Source of the DNA: Candidatus Abzuiibacterium crystallinum
GTDB taxonomy: Bacteria > Omnitrophota > Omnitrophia > Omnitrophales > Abzuiibacteriaceae
Reading direction: 5' to 3'
Length of the DNA: 64,000 nucleotides
Assembly: GCA_002787155.1 (NCBI GenBank)
Contig: PCVY01000065.1
Coordinates: 65,286-129,285 of the forward strand
This document shows, piece after piece, positions 11,310 to 19,564 of the stretch. Made by a program: the position numbers and the translations under genes. Every line of letters begins with the position of its first letter. Positions within the stretch are counted from its first letter, which is position 1. The notes under the pieces are model-generated. The model did no database searches and had not been told where the DNA came from. It was given only the letters and a program-made list of their open reading frames with translations.

Positions 11310-11351
11310 ATAGATGTAACAACAAAAAAGTTTTAGAATCCGTGTTTTCTC

Positions 11352-11972
11352 TTACGGAACGGTGTGACACCTGGCCACAGGCTCAAAACTGAACCGGTGA
11401 ATGGGGGAAGGGCCGTAAGCTGCCAATGCAGCTCGATGTAAGGCGGTCGCATAACCTTTGTGCTGAGAAAACCCATATTGAGGGTATAGTTTGTCATAAT
11501 CTTCCATCATTTTATCTCGCGTGACCTTTGCCACAATGGACGCTGCGGCAATGGAAATGCTTTTGCGGTCACCGTCTATAATCGGAACTTGCTCAATCTG
11601 TTTCGGCAAATCGTGAACACCATGAATCCCATCAATCAAAACCGCTTCGGGGGTCACGCTTAGTGTCAGAATGGCGTGGCGCATGGCTAAAAGAGAGGCT
11701 TGAAGAATATTGAGTTCGTCAATCAGCTTGCCGCTGATGACACCAACCCCGACACGGCCATGGGCCAATATTTCCCAATACTTCTCTTGACGTTTTTTGG
11801 GGGTCAGGGACTTTGAATCCCGGATCTTCTCTTCTTGAAAAAAGGGGGAATCGTGGGGAAAAACAACAGCGGCAGCGACAACCGGGCCTGCTAACGGCCC
11901 TCGTCCGGCTTCATCGACACCGGCAATGCGCCTTAGACCATTTTGAACAAACAGCGCTTCAAATGAATGCAT
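11352..11972 (-). CDS. rnhB: Ribonuclease HII
   Basis: GVDEAGRGPLAGPVV catalytic motif. 206 aa. Confidence 0.9.
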   Translation of the reverse strand: MHSFEALFVQNGLRRIAGVDEAGRGPLAGPVVAAAVVFPHDSPFFQEEKIRDSKSLTPKKRQEKYWEILAHGRVGVGVISGKLIDELNILQASLLAMRHAILTLSVTPEAVLIDGIHGVHDLPKQIEQVPIIDGDRKSISIAAASIVAKVTRDKMMEDYDKLYPQYGFSQHKGYATALHRAALAAYGPSPIHRFSFEPVARCHTVP

Positions 11973-12083
11973 TCACGTCCGCTTTCGTCCTTTATCGCGA
12001 CCAACGATATGTTAGGAGAAAGCCCGGCGTGAGTCAACCAAATAACCGATTAAGCATCTGGACATTCAGTCCCGTATGCTCAT

Positions 12084-12113
12084 CCGCCAGAGGACGGATT
12101 CGTCCTCTGGCGG
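12084..12113. repeat. Family B hairpin element, copy 1
   Basis: CCGCCAGAGGACggattcGTCCTCTGGCGG: a perfect 12-bp stem with a 6-nt loop. A second copy at 62805-62838 carries a compensatory change. Confidence 0.7.
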
Positions 12114-12134
12114 AGAGAGTTTTACTTCATACAC

Positions 12135-12166
12135 CTGGGAGTCAGACCCTCCTGGGTCTGACTCCA
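12135..12166. repeat. Family A palindromic element, copy 2 (variant GGGAGTCAGACCC / GGGTCTGACTCC)
   Basis: cctGGGAGTCAGACCCtcctGGGTCTGACTCCacg, about 10 nt downstream of the rplS stop. Confidence 0.8.
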
Positions 12167-12176
12167 CGTCCGTTAA

Positions 12177-12518
12177 TTAAGCAGTTCCTGCTTTTTTCTG
12201 ACGAAGATAATACAAACGTGAGCGCCGCACATTGCCTTTTTTAATAACTTTGATTTTCTCAATGCTGGGTGAATGCAGCGGAAAAATCTTTTCCACAATG
12301 TCACCGCGCGCATCACGCAGGACAGTAAAAGAAGCGCCCATGCCTTGTCCGCGGCGCCGAATGACGATGCCTTCGAATGACTGAAGGCGGGTTTTGTCGC
12401 CTTCTTTCACGCGAATAGATACTTGGACGGTATCTCCCGTTTTAAAATTAGGCAGATCTTTCTTTAAGTATGTTTTTTCAATCAGTTCTATTTTACTCAT
12501 GGTTTTTCCTCCCGACAT
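12177..12518 (-). CDS. rplS: 50S ribosomal protein L19
   Basis: The L19 sequence starts at the internal MSKIELIEK (near 12500), so the track ORF is probably over-extended at its N-terminus. trmD-rplS order is conserved. Confidence 0.9.
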   Translation of the reverse strand: MSGGKTMSKIELIEKTYLKKDLPNFKTGDTVQVSIRVKEGDKTRLQSFEGIVIRRRGQGMGASFTVLRDARGDIVEKIFPLHSPSIEKIKVIKKGNVRRSRLYYLRQKKAGTA

Positions 12519-13198
12519 CGGTCTCGTGATAATTTTAATAAATCTCGGCGGTATTTCTTAGTTAATCGCCATGCTTCCTTTGCCCGCCATGCTGCAATGG
12601 TTTCATGAACACCCGAACGCAACACCTCGGGCACCTTCCAGCCTTGATAGTCATGCGGCCGCGTATATTGCGGGTACTCCAAATGACCTTTATAAAAAGA
12701 CTCTGATTCTAGCGACTCATGATTACCTAAAACACCGGGCAACAACCGAACGGTTGCATCAATCACGCACATGACCGGCAACTCACCGCCGGTTAAAATG
12801 AAATCTCCGATCGAGATCTCTTCGTCTACCAAATGCTGATGAACTCTCTCATCAACCCCTTCATAATGGCCGCAAATAAAAACCAAATGTTTCTTGCGCG
12901 ATAATTTAACGGCTGTTTGGTGATTAAACTGCTTTCCTCTCGGTGAAAGCATCACCACATGGCGTCCCTTCTTCACAGCTTGAAGCGCTTGATGAATGGG
13001 TTCTATTTTCATCACCATGCCCGGCCCGCCGCCGAAAGGTTTGTCGTCGCAAGTCCGGTGTTTGTCATGTGTCCACCGTCTTAAATCATGAACTTTGATT
13101 TTGACCCGTTTTTTTTTCTGGGCCAAACGGATCATGGACTCACTCAGCGGACCATCAAACATTTTGGGAAAGAGCGTTAAGATATCTATTTTAAGCAT
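12497..13198 (-). CDS. trmD: tRNA (guanine37-N1)-methyltransferase
   Basis: 233-aa TrmD (MLKIDILTLFPKMF... with SPOUT-knot motifs) in its conserved position between rpsP and rplS. Confidence 0.9.
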   Translation of the reverse strand: MLKIDILTLFPKMFDGPLSESMIRLAQKKKRVKIKVHDLRRWTHDKHRTCDDKPFGGGPGMVMKIEPIHQALQAVKKGRHVVMLSPRGKQFNHQTAVKLSRKKHLVFICGHYEGVDERVHQHLVDEEISIGDFILTGGELPVMCVIDATVRLLPGVLGNHESLESESFYKGHLEYPQYTRPHDYQGWKVPEVLRSGVHETIAAWRAKEAWRLTKKYRRDLLKLSRDRCREEKP

Positions 13199-13473
13199 TA
13201 ACCAAACCTCTGGGTACCAAAAAGAAGACTGCCTGTCGTTCTCCTGTCATTGCGAACTCCACGAAGTGGAGCGCGGCAATCTTAGATCTTGAGTTTGCAC
13301 GCGCGCTTTTTGCAGGCGCCGATGCGCCAGCACTAATCGTGGGCAACTTGACGTTGCCCTACGATTATGTGCGCGAGTACTTTTCGGGATGAGCTTGTTG
13401 CTCATCTCCGAAAGTGCCACGTCCCCGCCAAGAATCGTGGCGGACTCCCCGCAATGACGAATAAAAACTTTCT
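13199..13473 (-). other. 275-nt non-coding spacer between rpsP and trmD, where rimM is usually found
   Basis: No ORF of 60 aa or more on the operon strand. GC content is visibly higher than the flanks. Several local hairpins are present (CTCCACgaagGTGGAG, GGCGCcgatGCGCC, GGATGAGCttgttGCTCATC). Confidence 0.4.
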
Positions 13474-13725
13474 TTACTTAGCGACTTCGGCAATGCCTTG
13501 TTTTTTAAACAACTGTTTCACAACCGTTGTGGGCTGTGCCCCGACATTGATCCAATACTGAATCCGTTCGGCATTAAACTTAACGGTCGCCGGATTGGTT
13601 TTCGGGTCGTAGTAACCTACTTCCTCGATAAACCGTCCGTCTCTCGGCATTTTGCTGTCTGTTACAACAATCCGCCAAAAAGGACTGTTCTTGCTGCCCA
13701 ATCGTTTTAATCGAATTCTAACCAC
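13474..13725 (-). CDS. rpsP: 30S ribosomal protein S16
   Basis: [21 protein letters not shown]... is the canonical S16 N-terminus. Confidence 0.9.
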   Translation of the reverse strand: MVRIRLKRLGSKNSPFWRIVVTDSKMPRDGRFIEEVGYYDPKTNPATVKFNAERIQYWINVGAQPTTVVKQLFKKQGIAEVAK

Positions 13726-13747
13726 GTTTACCTCCTCTTCTTCAAAT

Positions 13748-15013
13748 TTACTCTTTGGCGCGGCGAATATCGGCGCCTAAAGATGATAATTTTTCTTCAA
13801 TTCTTTCATAACCGCGGTCAAGGTGATAAATTCTCGAAACATGTGTTTCGCCTTCACCCGCCAAGCCGGCTAAGACCAAAGCCGCGCTGGCTCTTAAATC
13901 GGAAGCCATGACCGGCGCTCCGCTAATTTTCTGAACGCCGTTTACAATCGCGCTCGATCCTTCCAAAAAAATACGACAACCCATTCGGTTGAGTTCGCTG
14001 ACATGCATAAAGCGGTCCGGATAAATCTTTTCGGTAATGACCGATATGCCTGGCGTCACTGCCATGAGTGCCATGATTTGTGCCTGTAAATCCGTTGGAA
14101 AACCCGGGTACGGCAACGCCGTCACATCAATGGGTTTCAAGCGTCCCTTACGGCTGACGCGCACCGAACCTTTGGAGCGCTTTACGCTCACACCGGCTTG
14201 CTGCAATTTATCAATCAGCGCGTTCAGGTGCTCGGGCTCACAATTCTGAACCGTCACATCGCCTTTTGTGATGGCGGCAGCCACCATAAATGTGCCCGCC
14301 TCGATTCGATCGGGGATAATGGTATGATTCGCACCGTGCAACTTACGCACCCCTTGAATTTTAATTAAGTGTGAACCATGCCCTTCAATTTTAGCGCCCA
14401 TTTTGTTGAGGAAGTCCGCTAAATCAACTACCTCCGGTTCGCTGGCTGCATTTTCAATCAAAGTAACACCGTGCGCCAAAGTAGCCGCCATCATCACATT
14501 CGCCGTCGCTAAGACAGACGACCCAAACGCCCCGCCCAAGTAAATTTCCTTGCCTTGCAACTTACCTTTTGTGCCGGCATACACATCGCCGTGTGAAATT
14601 TGAATTTGTGCACCTAATGCTTGAAGGCCTTTTAAATGCAAATCAATCGGCCGTGCGCCGATGACGCATCCGCCCGGCAAAGACACTTGCGCACTGCCTA
14701 AGCGGGCCAAAAGCGGACCTAACACACAAACGGAAGCACGCATGGTGCTGACCAAATGATACGGCGCTACCGGTTTCATTTTAGAAAACGGTGTAATTTC
14801 CAATCGATCATTTTCAAAGATCACACGCGCGCCGATCACGCGCAACAAACGGCACATCGTCTGGACGTCCCTTAAATTCGGCACGCCTTCCAAAACTGAC
14901 TTTTCGCTGCCTAACAAGCAAGCGGCCATAATAGGAAGCGCCGAATTTTTAGCACCTGAAACCCGAACAGTCCCGCTTAATTTTTTGCCGCCCTTAACAA
15001 CAATCTTATCCAT
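13748..15013 (-). CDS. murA: UDP-N-acetylglucosamine 1-carboxyvinyltransferase
   Basis: 421-aa EPSP-synthase-fold MurA. Begins [31 protein letters not shown]. Confidence 0.9.
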   Translation of the reverse strand: MDKIVVKGGKKLSGTVRVSGAKNSALPIMAACLLGSEKSVLEGVPNLRDVQTMCRLLRVIGARVIFENDRLEITPFSKMKPVAPYHLVSTMRASVCVLGPLLARLGSAQVSLPGGCVIGARPIDLHLKGLQALGAQIQISHGDVYAGTKGKLQGKEIYLGGAFGSSVLATANVMMAATLAHGVTLIENAASEPEVVDLADFLNKMGAKIEGHGSHLIKIQGVRKLHGANHTIIPDRIEAGTFMVAAAITKGDVTVQNCEPEHLNALIDKLQQAGVSVKRSKGSVRVSRKGRLKPIDVTALPYPGFPTDLQAQIMALMAVTPGISVITEKIYPDRFMHVSELNRMGCRIFLEGSSAIVNGVQKISGAPVMASDLRASAALVLAGLAGEGETHVSRIYHLDRGYERIEEKLSSLGADIRRAKE

Positions 15014-15017
15014 CTGC

Positions 15018-15869
15018 TCAGGACCGAATGGCTGTCACCACTCGGTCAATTCCCGCTAAATCTTTTGTGATATGAATGTGGGAAAAATAATTTTCCGTTA
15101 ACCATGTGTTGACCGCAGGCGCCTGCCCGATGCCTAATTCAAAAGCAATCAAACCGCCGGGATGCAGGACTTCTTTTGCCTGTTTGATCATAGAACGATA
15201 AGCATCCAAGCCGTCTTGGCCGCCATCCAAGGCTTCGCGCGGCTCATAAGTAATTTCCGGCTGCAATGCTTTTAAATCCTCTGCCGACAAATAAGGCGGA
15301 TTAGATACCAAACAATCGAAAGAACCGCTGATGCCGTTCCAATACCCCGTTCGAATAAATTGAATTTGCGATGCAACTCGATTGATGCGTGCGTTCTTCA
15401 TCGCTACTTGAACAGCTTTTTCGGAAATATCGGTTGCAACCAAGGACGCGTTTGGCAAGCGCCGCGCTAAACTCACGGCCACACAGCCGCTGCCTGTTCC
15501 GACTTCCAAAATTTGAAGGGACGGGACTTTTTTACCGGCCAGTTCCGTTAAAATGCTTTCTACCAAATGCTCGGTTTCAGGCCGCGGGATAAAGACGCCC
15601 TGTTCAACCTCAAAATAGAGGTCATCGAAGGGCACGCGCCCGGTCAGGTACTGAACCGGATAATGCGTACTTCTTTTTTGCAATAAATCAAAGAACAACG
15701 CTTCTGCTTTTTGAGAAACAGTAGACCCAAAGTCAGCTAATAAAGCAGACCTTGGCTTTTGAAGCGAGAAAGACAAAAGCAGTTCGGATGATTGCGCAGC
15801 ATCTTCAATGGCGCGTGTTTTAAGGAATTCAGTCCCTTTTTTAAGGAGATCTGCGACCTGCGCACTCAT
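15018..15869 (-). CDS. prmC: Release factor glutamine N5-methyltransferase (HemK/PrmC)
   Basis: NPPY motif (VSNPPYL) and SAM-binding motif (LEVGTGSG). Its start overlaps the prfA stop, in the conserved prfA-prmC pairing. Confidence 0.85.
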   Translation of the reverse strand: MSAQVADLLKKGTEFLKTRAIEDAAQSSELLLSFSLQKPRSALLADFGSTVSQKAEALFFDLLQKRSTHYPVQYLTGRVPFDDLYFEVEQGVFIPRPETEHLVESILTELAGKKVPSLQILEVGTGSGCVAVSLARRLPNASLVATDISEKAVQVAMKNARINRVASQIQFIRTGYWNGISGSFDCLVSNPPYLSAEDLKALQPEITYEPREALDGGQDGLDAYRSMIKQAKEVLHPGGLIAFELGIGQAPAVNTWLTENYFSHIHITKDLAGIDRVVTAIRS

Positions 15870-16951
15870 TTCGCCTCCGCCTGCTCCTGAAGCTTTCTGG
15901 TACGCTCATCCTTCCTTAAAACATCGATTAAATCATCTAAATGGCCGTTCAAAATATCATCCAATGCATGCAAAGTCAAACCAATTCGATGGTCAGTTAC
16001 CCGGTTATCCGGGAAGTTATAAGTCCTAATTTTACCTGATCTGTCACCGCTGCCTACTTGGCTTTTCCGAGCCTCTGAGATCTTCTTCTCCTGCTCTTCC
16101 TGCTTCATTTTAAGGAGGCGCGCCCTTAAAATACGCATTCCTTTTGCCTTATTTTTAAGCTGGGAACGCTCATCCTGACACCTGACGGTAAGACCCGTCG
16201 GTAAATGGACAATCTGCACGGCTGAATCGGTTGTATTGACACCTTGTCCGCCCGGCCCGCTTGCCCGGCAAACCTCGATCCTGAGCTCCTCAGGCTTAAT
16301 GTTTACTTCAACCTCATCCGGCTCCTGCATAATAGCGACAGTGGCAGCTGAGGTATGAATCCGCCCGGAAGCTTCCGTCTCGGGTACCCGCTGAACGCGG
16401 TGAATACCGCTCTCGTACTTGAAAGCAGAATAAACCTTCTCCCCGCTTATCCCAAACACGATTTCTTTAAAACCGCCTTTGCCCGCTGTGCTCGTACTCA
16501 TGACATCGACGTTAAATTTATGATTAGCGGCAAACCGCGTGTACATCCGAAAAAGATCTCTCGAAAAAAGAGAGGCTTCTTCTCCGCCCGTCCCGGCCCT
16601 GATTTCAATGATCACATTACGGATATCATCATCACCGTCATCACCAAGCAACATTTCTTCGATTTCTGTTTCAAGCGACTTAAGCTTTGCGCTGAGATCA
16701 GCCTTTTCATCCTCATACAACTTTCGCATATCATGATCATTGGTGCCGGCAGCCAGCAAATGTTCCGTTTCTTTCAGATGCTTTTCAGCGGACTGATAAG
16801 CTTGATAACGGCCGAGAACCGGTTCGATTCTGGATAATTCGCGCCCTAACTTTTGCATTTGCTCGGGATTTTGAGAGACCTCGGGCTTTGCCATTTCGGC
16901 ATGTATCTCTTCTACGCGTTTTTTAATTGCTTCAAGCCGTTCTACCAGCAT
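15866..16951 (-). CDS. prfA: Peptide chain release factor 1
   Basis: GGQ motif (SGPGGQGVNTTDSAV) and PxT-type class-I release-factor architecture. 361 aa. Confidence 0.9.
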   Translation of the reverse strand: MLVERLEAIKKRVEEIHAEMAKPEVSQNPEQMQKLGRELSRIEPVLGRYQAYQSAEKHLKETEHLLAAGTNDHDMRKLYEDEKADLSAKLKSLETEIEEMLLGDDGDDDIRNVIIEIRAGTGGEEASLFSRDLFRMYTRFAANHKFNVDVMSTSTAGKGGFKEIVFGISGEKVYSAFKYESGIHRVQRVPETEASGRIHTSAATVAIMQEPDEVEVNIKPEELRIEVCRASGPGGQGVNTTDSAVQIVHLPTGLTVRCQDERSQLKNKAKGMRILRARLLKMKQEEQEKKISEARKSQVGSGDRSGKIRTYNFPDNRVTDHRIGLTLHALDDILNGHLDDLIDVLRKDERTRKLQEQAEAK

Positions 16952-16975
16952 AGGATGCGAGCTTTAAATTATTGA

Positions 16976-17055
16976 GGGGTCGTGGAGTTTTTCCCCAACC
17001 CCTCACCCTATACCAGTCTTGATCAAACGAGGCTGGTATAGCGTTTCATTGGTTA
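16976..17055. repeat. Dispersed ~80-nt element, family C, copy 2
   Basis: GGGGTCGTGGAGTTTTTCCCCAACCCCTCACCCTATACCAGTCTTGATCAAACGAGGCTGGTATAGCGTTTCATTGGTTAT, which contains the hairpin CTATACCAG...CTGGTATAG. It lies between rpmE and prfA. Confidence 0.6.
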
Positions 17056-17373
17056 TTTTTTAATGACCTTCGCTTTTTCTTCTTTTTTAGCGCGCACTTT
17101 GACGGGCTTTTTCTTACCCTTCGATACCACATTGTCTTTGTACTTCTTCTTGAACTTTTCAATGCGGCCTGCGGTATCAATGAGTTTTTGCTGTCCCGTG
17201 AAAAATGGGTGTGATGCCGACGAAATCTCGAGCCGGATCAACGGATAAACTTGGCCGTCTTCCCATTTAATGGTTTCGTTCGATTTGGCCGTCGAGCGTG
17301 TCAGAATGGCAAAATCAGCGCCGGTGTCTTTAAACACGACAAATCGATAATCGGGATGAATGTCTTTTTTCAT
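17053..17373 (-). CDS. rpmE: 50S ribosomal protein L31 with a Lys-rich C-terminal extension
   Basis: MKKDIHPDY... is an L31 N-terminus. The ~30-aa K-rich tail is an extension not found in all lineages. Confidence 0.85.
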   Translation of the reverse strand: MKKDIHPDYRFVVFKDTGADFAILTRSTAKSNETIKWEDGQVYPLIRLEISSASHPFFTGQQKLIDTAGRIEKFKKKYKDNVVSKGKKKPVKVRAKKEEKAKVIKK

Positions 17374-17470
17374 ATGTTTTTCCTTTCTTTTCGGGGACGG
17401 TTCCTATCTAACTTCTTATCAACAAATAGGTTATAAGGAACCGTCCCTAAGCATTTAAATTACTTGAGCC

Positions 17471-17498
17471 ATCGGGGAGTTTCCCCGACCTCTCAATT
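17471..17498. repeat. Family C-related hairpin, partial copy 3
   Basis: aTCGGGGAgttTCCCCGAcctctcaatt: a perfect 7-bp hairpin matching the 5' module of family C, at the rho stop codon. Confidence 0.5.
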
Positions 17499-18885
17499 AC
17501 TTATCGTTTTTATTGAGCGACATCAAGAACTCTGCGTTCGATTTTGTCTTGGACAAACGTTCGAGCAAAAGTTCCATCGCTTCGGTCGGATTGAGTTCGT
17601 TCAACACGCGTCTTAGCATCCACACCCGGTTGAGTTCATCCGGATGAAGCAGTAGATCCTCTTTCCGCGTATTGGATTTCTTCACATCAATCGCCGGATA
17701 AATGCGTTTTTGGAAGAGATTGCGGTCCAAAGACAATTCCATGTTGCCCGTTCCTTTAAACTCTTCAAAAATGACTTCGTCCATGCGTGAACCGGTATCA
17801 ACGAGAGCAGTCGCCACAATGGTTAAACTGCCGCCTTCGTCAATGTTACGGGCTGCGCCAAAAAAGCGTTTCGGTTTATGCAGCGCGCTTGAATCTACGC
17901 CGCCCGTTAAGATTTTGCCTGAATGCGGGGCTACCGTGTTATACGCACGCGCCAGACGTGTAATGCTGTCCAGCAGAATGACGACATCGCGGCGATGTTC
18001 CACCAGTCGTTTCGCTTTCTCAAGCACCATTTCGGCCACTTGCACATGCCGTTCGGCCGGTTCGTCAAAAGTAGAAGCGATAACTTCACCTTTGACGGAA
18101 CGCGACATATCCGTCACTTCTTCCGGACGCTCATCGATCAAAAGAATGATCATATAAACTTCCGGATTGTTTTTGGTGATGCTGTTGGCAATCTTTTGAA
18201 GCAAGATCGTTTTACCGCTGTAAGGCGGTGCAACCACCAAGCCGCGCTGGCCTTTACCGACTGGTGATAAAAGATCCATGACACGCATGGAAAGTTCTGT
18301 CGGTTCTGTTTCCAGAATAATCCGCTCCTGCGGATAAAGCGGCGTTAAATTATCGAAAGGAATCTTGTCACGAACCGCCTCTGGTGATTCGTAATTGACC
18401 GCTTCCACTTTGAGCAGGGCAAAATACCGCTCGCCTTCTTTCGGCGGGCGAATTTGGCCGCTCACGGTGTCTCCTGTTCTCAAATTGAATTTACGAATTT
18501 GAGACGGCGACACATAAATATCATCCGGTGAGGGTAAATAATTGTAATTGGGTGAGCGGAGGAACCCAAATCCATCCTGTAAAATTTCAAGCACCCCTTC
18601 CCCAAACATCAAACCTGATTGTTCGGCTTGGGCTTGAAGGATCTTAAAAATGAGATCCTGTTTTTTAACACCAATCACTTGCTCAATTTTGAATTTATGA
18701 GCCAGTTCGTGGAGCTCCGCTACCTTCATCTTGCGGAGACCGGCCACATTGAGCAGACCTTCTCTGTTTTTGAGCTGATCCGCTTCCGGCTGAACCGGGG
18801 CAGGCTTAAACGGCCTGTTGTTGTTTTGATCACGGTCCTTGCGGTGATTGATTCTAGGTTGACTTTCTTTTGTTTCTTTTGGCAT
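17497..18885 (-). CDS. rho: Transcription termination factor Rho with an N-terminal insertion
   Basis: 462 aa with an RNA-binding domain and a RecA-like ATPase. Walker A/B motifs are present. There is a basic N-terminal extension before the Rho N-domain. Confidence 0.9.
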   Translation of the reverse strand: MPKETKESQPRINHRKDRDQNNNRPFKPAPVQPEADQLKNREGLLNVAGLRKMKVAELHELAHKFKIEQVIGVKKQDLIFKILQAQAEQSGLMFGEGVLEILQDGFGFLRSPNYNYLPSPDDIYVSPSQIRKFNLRTGDTVSGQIRPPKEGERYFALLKVEAVNYESPEAVRDKIPFDNLTPLYPQERIILETEPTELSMRVMDLLSPVGKGQRGLVVAPPYSGKTILLQKIANSITKNNPEVYMIILLIDERPEEVTDMSRSVKGEVIASTFDEPAERHVQVAEMVLEKAKRLVEHRRDVVILLDSITRLARAYNTVAPHSGKILTGGVDSSALHKPKRFFGAARNIDEGGSLTIVATALVDTGSRMDEVIFEEFKGTGNMELSLDRNLFQKRIYPAIDVKKSNTRKEDLLLHPDELNRVWMLRRVLNELNPTEAMELLLERLSKTKSNAEFLMSLNKNDK

Positions 18886-18940
18886 TGTTAACTCTCCTTT
18901 TAATTAATTTCTTTAAACTGTTAAATCACTACTTTTTTAA

Positions 18941-19564
18941 TTAAGATTGATCGATAAAGTCCCTCCACCATTTTGTCACTTGCTGCCGAAGCGCCTGTGA
19001 GTTACCGGCATTATGAATGATAAAGTCGGCATGTTTCATTTTGCGTCTGACAGGCCACTGGGCACGCCACCGAGCGGTCATTGTTTGAGCCGTCAAGCCT
19101 TTGCGTTTGAGTCTTTGCCGGATCAGGCGTTTTGGCGCTGTCACCACCATCACATGATCCACTTTTTTCTCATAACCTGTTTCAAGTAAAAGCGGCATCT
19201 CAATGACGATGACATTGGCGTGGGAACGTTTTAAAATGCGCTGAATCCGTTTAAAAACGTAAGGATGAACCAAACGCTCCAGCTGTCGGCGCTTTTTTCT
19301 ATTTTGAAATACCACCGCTGCAATGTCTGCCGGTTTTGCTTTTTTTAATTTTAAAGAGCGCGCGATTTTCTTCTGAAGCGGGTGGTACTTTTTATAAATT
19401 TCTCTTACCAAGGCATCACAATCGATGACCAGAGCGCCCCGCTCTTTTAATATGGCGGCAACCGAACTCTTACCGCTTCCAAAAATACCTGTTAAACCAA
19501 TGATAGAACGTTTTTGTTTGGATGCCATGTCAGGCTTTGAACCAGCTTCCTCCGTGAACCACAT
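18941..19564 (-). CDS. coaE: Dephospho-CoA kinase
   Basis: P-loop GLTGIFGSGKSS. The likely true start is the internal MASKQ (near 19528), which removes the overlap with polA. Confidence 0.85.
   Translation of the reverse strand: MWFTEEAGSKPDMASKQKRSIIGLTGIFGSGKSSVAAILKERGALVIDCDALVREIYKKYHPLQKKIARSLKLKKAKPADIAAVVFQNRKKRRQLERLVHPYVFKRIQRILKRSHANVIVIEMPLLLETGYEKKVDHVMVVTAPKRLIRQRLKRKGLTAQTMTARWRAQWPVRRKMKHADFIIHNAGNSQALRQQVTKWWRDFIDQS

Noticed and set aside
13199-13473. Tested the rpsP-trmD spacer against remembered signatures of tmRNA, RNase P RNA and SRP (4.5S) RNA
   Set aside because: None of the conserved motifs are present: tmRNA tag-reading frame and terminal CCA arm, RNase P P4/GGAAAGUCCGG, SRP domain IV GGAA tetraloop context. 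It is kept only as an unclassified structured spacer.
15866-16951. Checked prfA for a programmed +1 frameshift site
   Set aside because: This is RF1, not RF2. The ORF is continuous and has no CUU UGA-type shift site.
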